Below are positions 1 to 9,704 of a stretch of 32,000 bases of DNA, in pieces. The notes beneath the pieces were generated by a model. That model was not told the DNA's origin. It saw nothing but the letters and a program-made list of their open reading frames with translations, and searched no databases. Numbering within the stretch: the first letter of the stretch is position 1; every line of letters starts with the position of its first letter. The translations under genes were made by a program, and so were the position numbers. The stretch comes from Thermoproteus tenax Kra 1 (GTDB lineage: Archaea; Thermoproteota; Thermoprotei; Thermoproteales; Thermoproteaceae), in contig NC_016070.1 in assembly GCF_000253055.1 (NCBI RefSeq), forward strand, positions 270,001 through 302,000, read 5' to 3'.

Positions 1-200
1 ATTTCCACCCTCTGCGGGCTTCAGTCCGACGTCCCCGAAGCGCAGCGAAGGGCTCGTACGTCTTAATGCGGCGAGCTTGAGACATGCCCTGGCCCACTCT
101 CACGTGCTCCCAATTGGCGAGGTGCCCCTGCAATCAACATTAATTCCGAAATCTACAATATAACAAACAATAATTTACAATTATAGTAAGACTTAAAAAT

Positions 201-1583
201 GTGAAATCGCAGAGAGGAATGCAACCGGGCGGATACACCATAGCGGCCAGACTTGAGAGACTTCCGTGGACGTCCTTCCACACGCGGCTGCTCGTCTTAC
301 TCTCCATAGGGGAGTTCTTCGAGCTCTACGACCTTTTCGTCGGAGGCTTCGCTGTAGTGCCCATCTCCCATTATTACGGCATATCGTTGGCCTCGGCGAT
401 CTACTACACTATAGCCCTGCTCTTCCTCGGAGCCTTCGTTGGCGCAATAGCCTTCACTTTAATAGGCGATGCGTGGGGCAGGAGGTCGGCCTTGTTGTTC
501 AACCTCGCGTTGATGAGCCTGGCCTATCTGGCCACGCCCTTCGCGCCCGACCCGCTCACCCTGGGGCTCCTCAGATTTTTGGCTGGGCTAGGAGTGGGGC
601 CCGAGGCCTTGATAGTGTTGGACATCATGATCTCCGAGTTCTTCCCGGCGAAATTCAGAGGCAGAGCCTTGGCGACGGCTTACACTATATCGTGGACGGC
701 GCCCTTGGTCGTCGCTGCGCTCGCCTACTTCCTAGTGCCTCGGACAATACTGGGGCTACAGGGATGGCAGTGGCTTTTTATAATCGGAGGATTGGGGGTC
801 TTGTTGTTTCTTCCATACCGCTTCTTGATACCTGAGTCGCCGCGCTGGCTTGAGGTCAAGGGGAGAGCCGCGGAGGCGGACAAGATAGTCTCAAAGATGG
901 AGGAGACGGCGCGGAGAGAAAGGGGGGAGCTCCCGGAGCCTCCCCAGGTTGAGGTGGTAAGGAGCGAGAGGATCCCAATAGGCGAACTCTTCAGCAGAGA
1001 GTACAGAAGGAGGACCATTATGTTGTGGATATTCGAGTTTCTGCAGACCGGCGTCTACTACGGCTTCGCCTCGCTCGCCCCCTCAGTGCTCTACGTCAAG
1101 GGCTTTACGATAGTGAGGACGTTGGAGTACACTATGATGATATATGCCTCGTACTTCATCTCCTCAGTGATATCTATATTTGTAATAGACAGCGTTAAGT
1201 TCGACAGAAAGTGGCAGGTGGCCTTAGTGGCCCTATTGATGGGCGTGGTCGGGCTGGCCTTCGGCCTATCAACGACGCCGGCGCAAGTGGTGGCCACCGG
1301 CTTTATGTTCGGGCTCTTGTCCAATATATTCTCCAACGCCTTCCATCAGTACGGCGCAGAGCTTTACCCGACGAGGATAAGGGCGTTTGCAGACGGCGTG
1401 CAGTACTCTCTGAGCAGGTTGGGAAACTACGTCTGGCTCTCCGTGCTTCCCCTTGTGTTGACAGCCTATGGCCCCCTTGCGATGTACATGGTCGTATTCG
1501 CCATGGCGGTAGCCGTGTTCCTAGACGTGGGGATACTGGGCCCCCGCGCCTCACAGATGGCCCTCGAGAGGCTCAGCAGATAG
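201..1583 (+). CDS. Major facilitator superfamily transporter
   Basis: 460-aa ORF with many hydrophobic spans and an MFS-like loop (GDAWGRRSALLFN) and PESPRWL motif. GTG start at 201, alternative ATG at 219. Confidence 0.85.
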   Translation: MKSQRGMQPGGYTIAARLERLPWTSFHTRLLVLLSIGEFFELYDLFVGGFAVVPISHYYGISLASAIYYTIALLFLGAFVGAIAFTLIGDAWGRRSALLFNLALMSLAYLATPFAPDPLTLGLLRFLAGLGVGPEALIVLDIMISEFFPAKFRGRALATAYTISWTAPLVVAALAYFLVPRTILGLQGWQWLFIIGGLGVLLFLPYRFLIPESPRWLEVKGRAAEADKIVSKMEETARRERGELPEPPQVEVVRSERIPIGELFSREYRRRTIMLWIFEFLQTGVYYGFASLAPSVLYVKGFTIVRTLEYTMMIYASYFISSVISIFVIDSVKFDRKWQVALVALLMGVVGLAFGLSTTPAQVVATGFMFGLLSNIFSNAFHQYGAELYPTRIRAFADGVQYSLSRLGNYVWLSVLPLVLTAYGPLAMYMVVFAMAVAVFLDVGILGPRASQMALERLSR

Positions 1584-2090
1584 CTAGCGGGTGGCCTCCG
1601 GGGAGGGGGCAGCCTCGCGCGCCCTTTTGTACTCAAGGCTGTGTCTGGACAGCTCCTCCTCCACAAACTTTCTATTATCCTTCAGAAGTTTGTCCACTAG
1701 GCTTAAGTATCTGGCCAGTCTGACGGCGTCCGCCTCTATCTCCACTAATCTCTCCCCGTCCACTACCACGAAGTGCCTTTTGTTTATCCTCCGGCCCAAG
1801 ATGTATTCGGCCTCGTTGGCAGCGGCTTGTAGGGCAACGCAGTGCGGGCTGCCGTCTATTGTAACCACCCAGACCTCCTCAGGCTCGGAGCTCCTTATAG
1901 CGCTGGCCAATTTGCCGTAGTGCATGGCCGGCTCGGCCTCCGGACAGGCCAAGACCACCGAGGCGCCCTTGGAGACCTCCTTGAAGACAGCCTCGTTCAC
2001 ATAGGGGAGACACGCCGAGGCTACGACTAGCCTCTTGGCTTTAAAGACCGGCGCCTTGACCCACGTGCTCAAGAGGCGCGGGCAGCTCAT
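1584..2090 (-). CDS. Conserved-looking hypothetical protein encoded immediately downstream of thiC
   Basis: 168-aa ORF whose start overlaps the thiC stop by 4 nt (ATGA). Scattered Cys residues (SCPRLL, ACLPYV, ACPEAEP, PHCVAL). Confidence 0.65.
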   Translation of the reverse strand: MSCPRLLSTWVKAPVFKAKRLVVASACLPYVNEAVFKEVSKGASVVLACPEAEPAMHYGKLASAIRSSEPEEVWVVTIDGSPHCVALQAAANEAEYILGRRINKRHFVVVDGERLVEIEADAVRLARYLSLVDKLLKDNRKFVEEELSRHSLEYKRAREAAPSPEATR

Positions 2091-3376
2091 AGGTCCACCC
2101 TTTTGGCCTGCTCTCTAGCCCACATCATGGGGCAGTATCCTCCGCACATAGTACATGCCGAGGTCTTCGGCTCGCCGTACTGTGTGTAGACTCTCCACGC
2201 CGCCTCGGGGTCTATGAGGCGCGAGATCATCTCCTTCCACTGCAGTCTGCCCCTGTAGACGCTGACCTCTCTGTCCCATTTGGAGGCGCGGGGTCCCAGT
2301 TTGACTATATCTCCTATGTGGGCGGCCACTCTGTATGCCTTGGCCCCCTCCTCCACTTGTTCCACAGTGGGCAGAGCCAGATGCTCGGCCGGAGTGAGGT
2401 AACAGAGGAGGTCGGCGCCTGCGGCCGCCGCAAGAGCAGCTCCGGCGGCGGAGGCGATGTGGTCGTAGGGGGCCGCCACGTCTGTGGGCAGAGGGCCCAG
2501 AACATAGTAGGGGATCCCTCCGGTGAGCCTCTTCTCTAGCTTTATAGTCCATATTACGTCGTTGAGAGGGACGTGGCCCGGCCCCTCCAACATGACCTGC
2601 ACCCCCCTCTTCACCGCCTTCTTGGCCAGCCGCGAGGCCTCCACGAGCTCCGCTATATGGAACTCATCGTGGGCATCGGCGATGGCGCCGGGCCTGAGAG
2701 CGTCCCCTATAGATATAACGGCGTCATATTCGGCGAATAGCTCCAGGAGGTAGTCCCAGTTCTTGAGGTACGGGTTCTCGGATCTGTTGTGGAGCATCCA
2801 GCCTATTATCATGTCGCCGCCCCGCGAGACCACCGGTATAACTCTCTCGCTCTTGAGCACTTTGACGGCCAAGTCCCTCGTCACGGCGGCGTGTATAGTC
2901 ATAAACGCCACGCCGTCTTTAAGGTGTCTCTCGACGGTCTTGAGGAGGTCCTCCTCAGTGAAGTATGCGCCTCCGCCCCTCCTGGAGAAGGACTCTATGA
3001 ACGCCTGATAGACCGGGACTGTGCCCAGAGGTATTTCGGCGGCCTCTATGAGCCTCCTCCTTATGGAGTCGAGATCTCCCCCGACGCTTAAGTCCATTAC
3101 TGTGTCCCCCCACCTGTTGGCCACGGCGACCTTCTTCAGCTCTGCGTCCAAGTCGGCCACTTCCCCCGAGGTGCCCACGTTTATGTTGACCTTCGTCGTA
3201 AGCCCCTTCCCCACGGCTGTGACCCTCTTGGGCGGCCTCGCCGCATTTCTTATGACGATGGCCTGACCTCTAGCGATTCTGTCTCGGAGCTTCTCGGGGG
3301 AGACCCCCTCAACTTTCGTCACATCTGCGAAATCCTCGGTCCTCCCCGCCCTTGCGGCCAATATGGCGGTTTTCAT
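2087..3376 (-). CDS. thiC: Phosphomethylpyrimidine synthase ThiC
   Basis: 429 aa. GTNVNIGTS-type N-terminus, [16 protein letters not shown], and C-terminal Fe-S motif [10 protein letters not shown] typical of ThiC. Confidence 0.95.
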   Translation of the reverse strand: MKTAILAARAGRTEDFADVTKVEGVSPEKLRDRIARGQAIVIRNAARPPKRVTAVGKGLTTKVNINVGTSGEVADLDAELKKVAVANRWGDTVMDLSVGGDLDSIRRRLIEAAEIPLGTVPVYQAFIESFSRRGGGAYFTEEDLLKTVERHLKDGVAFMTIHAAVTRDLAVKVLKSERVIPVVSRGGDMIIGWMLHNRSENPYLKNWDYLLELFAEYDAVISIGDALRPGAIADAHDEFHIAELVEASRLAKKAVKRGVQVMLEGPGHVPLNDVIWTIKLEKRLTGGIPYYVLGPLPTDVAAPYDHIASAAGAALAAAAGADLLCYLTPAEHLALPTVEQVEEGAKAYRVAAHIGDIVKLGPRASKWDREVSVYRGRLQWKEMISRLIDPEAAWRVYTQYGEPKTSACTMCGGYCPMMWAREQAKRVDL

Positions 3377-3482
3377 AAGTCATTGTTAGATCAATAATAA
3401 ATAATTTATTGAAGGCTCCCCGCTTGAGGGCCCTCTCGGTAAGTCGTATATTCTCATTATAGACGGAGGGGGCGCCTAAATA

Positions 3483-3494
3483 TTGAACGTTCAA
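3483..3494. promoter_or_regulatory. Perfect 12-bp palindrome TTGAACGTTCAA directly upstream of the pdxS TATA-like sequence
   Basis: Sequence TATTGAACGTTCAACTAAATTTTTATCTCC ends ~25 nt before the pdxS ATG. A similar motif lies at 5192-5203. Confidence 0.45.
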
Positions 3495-3526
3495 CTAAAT
3501 TTTTATCTCCGCGCATTCCTTGTGCC

Positions 3527-4546
3527 ATGATCGCGGACGTCCACGAACAGTTGGAGAAGCTGAGGGATCTGATGTACGGCCTATTAGAGCTGAGAGATAG
3601 GCTCAAATCGCTCGGCATCGCTTGGCCCAGGCCGTTGCCCGACGGAGCGACCATAGGGACTGTGAGGGTTAAGACTGGTCTGCCGGCCATGATGAGGAGG
3701 GGCGTCATAATGGACGTCACAAATGTGGAGCAGGCACAGATAGCGGAGGAGGCGGGGGCGGTGGGAGTGATGGTCTTGGACAAGCTCCCCTACGACGTAA
3801 GGAAGGCCGGGGGAGTGGCGAGGATGGCGGACGTAAAAGTGATAGAGGAGGTTATGTCCCACATCACTATACCTGTCTCCGCCAAAGTCAGAATAGGCCA
3901 CTACTACGAGGCTGTGGTCCTACAACAGATAGGCGTAGACCTCATAGATGAGTCTGAGGTGCTCACTCCCGTGGACGAACAACACCACATAAACAAATGG
4001 TCCTTCACTGTGCCCTTCGTCAACGGTTGCCGCGAGCTGTGCGAGGCCTTGAGGAGGATCTCGGAGGGCGCCTCCATGATCAGATCCAAGGGCGAGGCCG
4101 GCACTGGGAACGTGAGCGAGGCTGTGAAACACTTCAAGGCGCTCTACGGGGCAATAGAGGAGCTATCGGCGGCTCTAAAGTTGGGCGACGAGGAGAAGAT
4201 CAGAGATTACGCCAGAAGGTGCCAAGCGCCGTTCGAGCTCGTCGCTTTGACCGCGAAGCTTGGCAGACTGCCCGTGGTCACCTTCGCCGCAGGCGGCATA
4301 GCTACGCCGGCGGACGCGGCCTTGATGATGTGGCTGGGCGCCGACGGAGTGTTCGTAGGCAGCGGGATCTTCAAGAGTCAGGACCCGAGGGAGAGGGCGC
4401 AGGCGATCGTCTTGGCTACGTCCTATTGGGACGACCCGGAGGCAGTCGTCGAGGCTCAGAGGATGGTCAGCGAGAGGAGCGCCATGATGGGCCTAGACGT
4501 GAGGACGCTGAAGCCCGAGGAGCTCCTCCAGACCAGGGGGCTATGA
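3527..4546 (+). CDS. pdxS: Pyridoxal 5'-phosphate synthase lyase subunit PdxS
   Basis: 339 aa. [41 protein letters not shown]-like motif, [28 protein letters not shown]. Confidence 0.97.
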   Translation: MIADVHEQLEKLRDLMYGLLELRDRLKSLGIAWPRPLPDGATIGTVRVKTGLPAMMRRGVIMDVTNVEQAQIAEEAGAVGVMVLDKLPYDVRKAGGVARMADVKVIEEVMSHITIPVSAKVRIGHYYEAVVLQQIGVDLIDESEVLTPVDEQHHINKWSFTVPFVNGCRELCEALRRISEGASMIRSKGEAGTGNVSEAVKHFKALYGAIEELSAALKLGDEEKIRDYARRCQAPFELVALTAKLGRLPVVTFAAGGIATPADAALMMWLGADGVFVGSGIFKSQDPRERAQAIVLATSYWDDPEAVVEAQRMVSERSAMMGLDVRTLKPEELLQTRGL

Positions 4547-5154
4547 GGGCCGGAGTTCTGGCCCTACAAGGCGACGTGGAGGAGCACGCCAGAGCCTTCG
4601 CGAGGGCGGCGGAGGAGCTGAGGATATCGCTCGAGGTAGTTGAAGTGAAGAGGCCGCAACAGCTAAGAGAATTGGACGCCATAGCTATCCCAGGGGGCGA
4701 GTCCACGACCATCGGAGCTCTGGCCAAGAGGACTGGGCTTCTGGACGCTCTGAGGGACGCCGTGAGGGGCGGTCTGCCGACGTTGGGCACTTGCGCGGGC
4801 GCTATATTCCTGGCGAAGGAGGTGAAAGACTCGGTTGTGGGCGAGACCGGCCAGCCCATCTTGGGCCTCATGGACATAGGCGTAGTGAGAAACGCCTTTG
4901 GGAGACAGAGGGAGTCCTTCGAGCTGGACCTGGACACAGACTTCGGCCGGCTGAGGGGCGTGTTCATAAGGGCCCCCGCCATAGTCAAGGTGTGGGGCGG
5001 GGCCAGGTCTGCGGCCAAAATGAGGCACCCGGAGCTCGGCGAGATACACGCCGCGGCCGTTCAGAGCAATATAATCGCCACCATATTCCATCCCGAGCTG
5101 TCCACGACGGCCGTCCACAGATACCTCTTGAGCTTGGCCAAGGGCCGCGCCTGA
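4543..5154 (+). CDS. pdxT: Pyridoxal 5'-phosphate synthase glutaminase subunit PdxT
   Basis: ATG at 4543 overlaps the pdxS stop (ATGA). 203 aa [19 protein letters not shown]...[10 protein letters not shown]...[12 protein letters not shown]...FHPELS: class I glutaminase motifs. Confidence 0.95.
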   Translation: MRAGVLALQGDVEEHARAFARAAEELRISLEVVEVKRPQQLRELDAIAIPGGESTTIGALAKRTGLLDALRDAVRGGLPTLGTCAGAIFLAKEVKDSVVGETGQPILGLMDIGVVRNAFGRQRESFELDLDTDFGRLRGVFIRAPAIVKVWGGARSAAKMRHPELGEIHAAAVQSNIIATIFHPELSTTAVHRYLLSLAKGRA

Positions 5155-5191
5155 GTTCGTCGGTAGTTTTCGCCAAGTCCCCTGGATTTTT

Positions 5192-5203
5192 TGAAACGTT
5201 TCA
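5192..5203. promoter_or_regulatory. Perfect 12-bp palindrome TGAAACGTTTCA adjacent to a TATA-like sequence
   Basis: TTGAAACGTTTCATTTTTATCTCG. Same layout as the pdxS promoter motif at 3483-3494 (palindrome followed by TTTTTATCTC). Confidence 0.4.
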
Positions 5204-5256
5204 TTTTTATCTCGCGTCGTCCAAGCCCATATGGACAGCCCGCGCGGAGGAGGACT

Positions 5257-5790
5257 ATGACCTTCGCCAAACCCTGCCTGATGCTCTTCTCGTGCCCAGG
5301 GGACGGGGGAGACACGCTGGTGCTCCACAGAGGCAGAGCGCTCCAGGCCTCCAAGGCTGACCCCCTGGTCAAGCTGTACGGGGCGTTGGACACGGCGGTC
5401 GCCTACGCCCACAAGGCCGCAGGCCTCCTCCCCCGCCCGCAGGCCAGAGTCATGAGGCTCCTCGCATTCTCTATGACTGAGCTCGGCTTCTACGTGGCCA
5501 CGGGCAGAGCGCTCCATCTGGACAACGCCGTGGAGCTCTACAGGAGGGCCCTCAAGCTCGCCTACTCGGCCAGCGGGGATCCCCCGCGCAGCTGGATAGC
5601 TTGCTCCTCGCCCGAGTGCTCGGCCGTGGACGAGGCGAGGGTGTGGGCGAGGTGGGCGGAGAGGAGGGCTGTGGCGCTCGGGGAGGCCGAGGCGGCGAGG
5701 CTTCTGAACCAGCTCTCCAACCTGATGTTCGAGGTCATGGCCACCCTCCCGCACATAGAGTACAGATCGAGGCCTCTCAGACCTACTTGA
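5257..5790 (+). CDS. Putative cob(I)alamin adenosyltransferase (PduO-type)
   Basis: ATG at 5257 preceded by GGAGGA. 177 aa. CPGDGGDTLV N-terminal motif, helical body, LNQLSNLMFEVM resembling the family LNRLSDLLF motif. The ORF track extends upstream to 5191. Confidence 0.6.
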   Translation: MTFAKPCLMLFSCPGDGGDTLVLHRGRALQASKADPLVKLYGALDTAVAYAHKAAGLLPRPQARVMRLLAFSMTELGFYVATGRALHLDNAVELYRRALKLAYSASGDPPRSWIACSSPECSAVDEARVWARWAERRAVALGEAEAARLLNQLSNLMFEVMATLPHIEYRSRPLRPT

Positions 5791-6430
5791 ACCCTTCAAG
5801 GATGTGGAGCCTCGGAGTAAATCTGACTCCCAAGCTCTCGGCCATGGGAACCGTCACCTCTCTGTCCCTCCTGGAGCACTCCTCGCGGTCGGCGCATTGG
5901 GACATCAAGTAGACGCGCTCCCTTGGCAGCCCGAAATCTCTGATCAGAGCCTCTACCTCTTCGGCGTCCTCGCGCCTCTCGACTACCAGTTTGAACACAG
6001 CCTTCTCGCAGGCGGCGTACCGCCTCAACACCTCAGGCCTTATGCGCAAGGCCTCGGGCATCCCCGAATTGGACAGCTTGGGCGACACATTGAACTGGTC
6101 TACATATTGGGCGAGCTCGCCTGGATCTATTGTGCCGTTTGTCTCAACCTCTATATACCACCCCTCCGACTTCAGCTCCTTAACCAGCGGGACAAGCTCC
6201 CTCTTCCAGAGCAACGGCTCTCCTCCAGTGACAACTAGGTGGCGTACTCCCATCCTCTTCAGCTCGGCCAATACCTCCTCTGTCTCCATCTCGACGCCGC
6301 CATCCCAAGAGCTCTTGGTGTCGCACCACGAGCACCTCAAGTTGCAGAGCGCCAGTCTGAGGAAGGCCGCCTCTCTGCCGGCGTTGGGCCCCTCCCCCTG
6401 TCTCGACTTGAAGATTTCGACGACTCTCAT
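5783..6430 (-). CDS. queE: 7-carboxy-7-deazaguanine synthase-like radical SAM protein QueE
   Basis: 215 aa. SRQGEGPNAGREAAFLRLALCNLRCSWCDT (CxxxCxxC-type radical SAM cluster), VVTGGEPLLW, ETNGT. Confidence 0.92.
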   Translation of the reverse strand: MRVVEIFKSRQGEGPNAGREAAFLRLALCNLRCSWCDTKSSWDGGVEMETEEVLAELKRMGVRHLVVTGGEPLLWKRELVPLVKELKSEGWYIEVETNGTIDPGELAQYVDQFNVSPKLSNSGMPEALRIRPEVLRRYAACEKAVFKLVVERREDAEEVEALIRDFGLPRERVYLMSQCADREECSRRDREVTVPMAESLGVRFTPRLHILEGFK

Positions 6431-7272
6431 AGCAGCTCCATGCTCATGTCGACAGCTTTGACGCTGTGAGTCAGAGCGCCCACCGATATTACGTCGACAT
6501 ATTTGGCGTAGTCGGCCGCGTTGTCCTCTCTTATTCCGCCGGAGGCCTCCAACACGACCCTCTCTCTGAGGCCCCTCTCCCTCAGCCTTCTGTCGACCTC
6601 GGCGACCTCCTCCGGCCTCATGTTGTCCAACATAATTATATCGGCGCCGAGCTCGGCGGCCTTGATCGCGTCGGCGACGTTCTCCACCTCGACCTCTATC
6701 TTCGCCGTGAAGGGCGCAGTCTTCCTCGCAAGCTCCAACGCTCTCTCTAGACCGCCCACGGCCTTTATATGGTTGTCCTTTATCAAGACTGCGTCGCTCA
6801 GACTGAATCTGTGGGGGTCCCCTCCGCCTATGGCCACAGCCTTTTTCTCTATATACCGGAGGAACGGCGTCGTCTTCCTCGTTGCAGCCACTTTGACCCT
6901 CGGGTTGGCCGCCCTAGCCGCTTCCAGAATCCTCCTCGTGGCTGTGGCTATGCCAGAGGCCCTCATCAACAAGTTGAGGACGACTCTCTCGACCTTCAGT
7001 AGGTCCGGCTTGGGCCCTCTGATGTAGAGAAAACATTCGCCGGCCTTCGCTGTCTCTCCGTCCCCCTTCACGACTCTATAGCCTAGGCCCAACAGCTTCA
7101 ACAGCTCCACGACCTCCTCGACCCCTGCCAACACGCAGTCCTCCTTAGTTTTCAGACAAGCTTCGCCCTCCTCGTTGGGCACTATGGCGCTGGTGAGGTC
7201 CCAGAATGGGTCGTCCTCTCTGAGGGCGTCCAACAGTCTGTACGCGAAGAGCCTCGCCTCGATCATAGACAT
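6427..7272 (-). CDS. nadC: Nicotinate-nucleotide pyrophosphorylase (carboxylating)
   Basis: 281 aa. ATRKTTPFLRYIEKKAVAIGGGDPHRFSLSDAVLIKDNHIKAVGG, EVEVENV, IIMLDNM. Confidence 0.96.
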   Translation of the reverse strand: MSMIEARLFAYRLLDALREDDPFWDLTSAIVPNEEGEACLKTKEDCVLAGVEEVVELLKLLGLGYRVVKGDGETAKAGECFLYIRGPKPDLLKVERVVLNLLMRASGIATATRRILEAARAANPRVKVAATRKTTPFLRYIEKKAVAIGGGDPHRFSLSDAVLIKDNHIKAVGGLERALELARKTAPFTAKIEVEVENVADAIKAAELGADIIMLDNMRPEEVAEVDRRLRERGLRERVVLEASGGIREDNAADYAKYVDVISVGALTHSVKAVDMSMELL

Positions 7273-8654
7273 CTGAAGAGGATGTGGTATTTAACTCCCG
7301 ACCACGCCGGATAGTCCGCCCTATAGTGGACGCCTATGCTCTCACTCCTAAGCCAAGCGGCCTCAGCGATTAACTTGGGCAGCCCTTCCAAACTCTCCAC
7401 AGCCCTCCTTAAGCCGCTCCCCTCTCTGACTATACCCACGAGTCTCCACATGGTCTCTCTGACATCGCCCTCGTAATAGGGGCACTTCTCAGGGTAGAGG
7501 AGGCCGCCCGCGCGGGGGGCCTCCCATGAGCCTCCCCAGTATGCCCTCAACGCCTCTGCCGCAAGTAGGGCTTGGGCCAGCGCCTCGAGGAGGCTGTTGC
7601 TCGCCAGCCTGTTAGCGCCGTGGAAGAGGGTGGAGGAGGCCTCGCCTACTGCGAAGAGCCCTCTCACGTGGGTCCTCCCGTAGGGATCAGCCACAATCCC
7701 GCCGATGGCGTAGTGTGCGGCGGGCACCACGGGGATGGAGCTCGGGCTCACCCCGTGCCTTTTCAGAAACTCTGCTATGGCCGGGAACTTGCGCTCGAAT
7801 CCCTCGACCGCCGATGCGTCCAAGGTCACTCGCCCCGTCCTCTCAAGCTCGGCGTAGACTGCCCGGCTCACCACATCTCTGGGGGCCAGCTCGGCCGCTG
7901 GGTCGTACTTGGGCATAAAGCGCTCTCCATCTCCGTTATATAGCAGCGCCCCCTCGCCGCGCACGGCCTCAGATATGAGGAAGATCTCGCCGTCCACGAG
8001 GGCCGCTGTGGGGTGGAATTGGACGAACTCCAAGTCTCTGGCGAGCGCCCCCGCCCTCATGGCCGCATATATGCCGGAGCCGTCGGCGTCCGTGGTGCTG
8101 TACTTATAGAGCCCGGCGTAGCCGCCCGTAGCTATCGCCACCGCATCGGCCCTCAGCGTTTCTCCCGTCGATAGCACCACGCCGGCGGCTCTGCCGTCTT
8201 TAACCAACACTTCCCCCAAGCTTCCTCGGACGATCTGGATCCCCAGCTCTTCTGCTCTGTGGGAGAGCGCCCTCATGACGGCCTCGCCTATTTTGTCGCC
8301 CCCCTCCTCGGCCTTCACAACTCTGGCCCTGCTGTGTCCGCCCTCCAGAGCCCTCGTTGCTGACGGCTTGAAGCCCATCTCAGTCAGCCAAGATATGACG
8401 CGCCGCCCCATACCTACGTACAGTCTGACGACCTCCTCATCGTTCAACCCTCTTCCGGCCGCGATAGTGTCCCTTACGTGGGCCTCAACGTCCTCATCGT
8501 CGAGAGGCGCTGCGATCCCTCCCTGGGCCTTCCAGCTGCTCCCTCCCCTGGGATCCCTCGTTACTAAGACCACATCGCCCACGCGCCTCTCGGCTACGGC
8601 GACGGCCAGCGCCAGCCCGGCGACGCCCGAGCCCGCTACGACGACCTCCCTCAT
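7263..8654 (-). CDS. nadB: L-aspartate oxidase
   Basis: 463 aa. VVAGSGVAGLALAVAV FAD motif, GGSSWKAQGGIAAPL, EFVQFHPTA, HYAIGGI, GEASSTLFHGANRLASNSLLEAL. Confidence 0.94.
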   Translation of the reverse strand: MREVVVAGSGVAGLALAVAVAERRVGDVVLVTRDPRGGSSWKAQGGIAAPLDDEDVEAHVRDTIAAGRGLNDEEVVRLYVGMGRRVISWLTEMGFKPSATRALEGGHSRARVVKAEEGGDKIGEAVMRALSHRAEELGIQIVRGSLGEVLVKDGRAAGVVLSTGETLRADAVAIATGGYAGLYKYSTTDADGSGIYAAMRAGALARDLEFVQFHPTAALVDGEIFLISEAVRGEGALLYNGDGERFMPKYDPAAELAPRDVVSRAVYAELERTGRVTLDASAVEGFERKFPAIAEFLKRHGVSPSSIPVVPAAHYAIGGIVADPYGRTHVRGLFAVGEASSTLFHGANRLASNSLLEALAQALLAAEALRAYWGGSWEAPRAGGLLYPEKCPYYEGDVRETMWRLVGIVREGSGLRRAVESLEGLPKLIAEAAWLRSESIGVHYRADYPAWSGVKYHILFRCL

Positions 8655-9565
8655 CGGAACTCCAACATCCTCTCTATCGCGGCCCTCGCCCTCTTGGCCA
8701 CGTCCTCAGGCACTTGGACGCGGTACACCAGCTCCCTCAGAGACCTCTTGATCTTATCCAGCGTTATCAGCTTCATATACATACATACTGCGTCCTCCAG
8801 CGCTGGGATCAGGCGCGCCTCAGGCGCCTCCCTCCTGATTCTGTCCAAGAGGCCCAGCTCAGTCGCTATAATGAACGCGCCGCGCCCCCTCTCTTTGACG
8901 TGTTTGACCATGCCTTGCGTAGAGAGGACCCTAACCCTCAGTCTCCCCTCCCTCAAGAGGTCCACAGTACCTGAGGCCTCGGGGTGCACCAAGAGCTCGG
9001 CGTCCGCCTCCCTCTCGGCGACAGAGTAGAGCACATCCCTGGTCATCCTCTCGTGGACGTAGCAGGTGCCGCTCCATATCTCCAAGTTCTCCCTCCCAGT
9101 GACATATTTGATGTAGGCGCCCAAGTTTCTGTCGGGGACGAAGAGCACCGGCCTATCCCTCGGTATGGCCTCGACTATCTTGTGGCAGTTGGCCGAGGTG
9201 CAGACGTAGTCGGAAACGGCCTTGACCTCTATGGAGGAGTTGATGTATGTGACCACAACTCCGTTGGGGTTCCTCGCTCTCCATTTCAACACGTCCTCGG
9301 CCGTGATGGAGTCCACCAAAGTGCAACCGGCCGACGGGTCGGGTATAAGGACGAGTTTGTCTGGGTTAAGGACCGCCGCGGTCTCAGCCATGAAGTAGAC
9401 GCCTGCGAACACTAAGACTTTCGCATCGGCGTTGGCTGCCGCCAGGGCCAAGTCCAGAGAGTCCCCCAGATAGTCGGCAACCTCCTGCACCTCCTTCGGC
9501 ATATAGTTGTGGGCCAGAATTACGGCGTTTCTCTCGGCCTTGAGCTTCGCCAACTCTGTCTCCAT
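8651..9565 (-). CDS. nadA: Quinolinate synthase
   Basis: 304 aa. AVILAHNYMPKEVQEVADYLGDSL, GVYFMAETAAVL, YVCTSANC, VLFVPDRNLG, VHPE. Stop overlaps nadB start. Confidence 0.96.
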   Translation of the reverse strand: METELAKLKAERNAVILAHNYMPKEVQEVADYLGDSLDLALAAANADAKVLVFAGVYFMAETAAVLNPDKLVLIPDPSAGCTLVDSITAEDVLKWRARNPNGVVVTYINSSIEVKAVSDYVCTSANCHKIVEAIPRDRPVLFVPDRNLGAYIKYVTGRENLEIWSGTCYVHERMTRDVLYSVAEREADAELLVHPEASGTVDLLREGRLRVRVLSTQGMVKHVKERGRGAFIIATELGLLDRIRREAPEARLIPALEDAVCMYMKLITLDKIKRSLRELVYRVQVPEDVAKRARAAIERMLEFR

Positions 9566-9704
9566 CGAGCCGGGAATAGAAGAGGCTTGGATTTAAGGGG
9601 TATCCGCAATCTTTGCGCCCCGCTGCGGCGCGTCCCCTCGGCGCGCGGCGTCTCCCTCCGCAAAATTTGCGCAACCTTTATTTTGTGCCTCCAAAGCGCC
9701 TAGT

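Noticed and set aside
3377-3526. TPP riboswitch upstream of thiC
   Set aside because: The short divergent intergenic region has no recognisable CTGAGA/THI-box core.
3997-4542. N-terminal portion of the 385-aa ORF 3997..5154
   Set aside because: Out-of-frame read of pdxS; the real gene is pdxT starting at ATG 4543.
4663-5799. 378-aa minus-strand ORF
   Set aside because: Covers pdxT and the adenosyltransferase gene in antisense; Arg/Pro/Gly-rich with no family resemblance.
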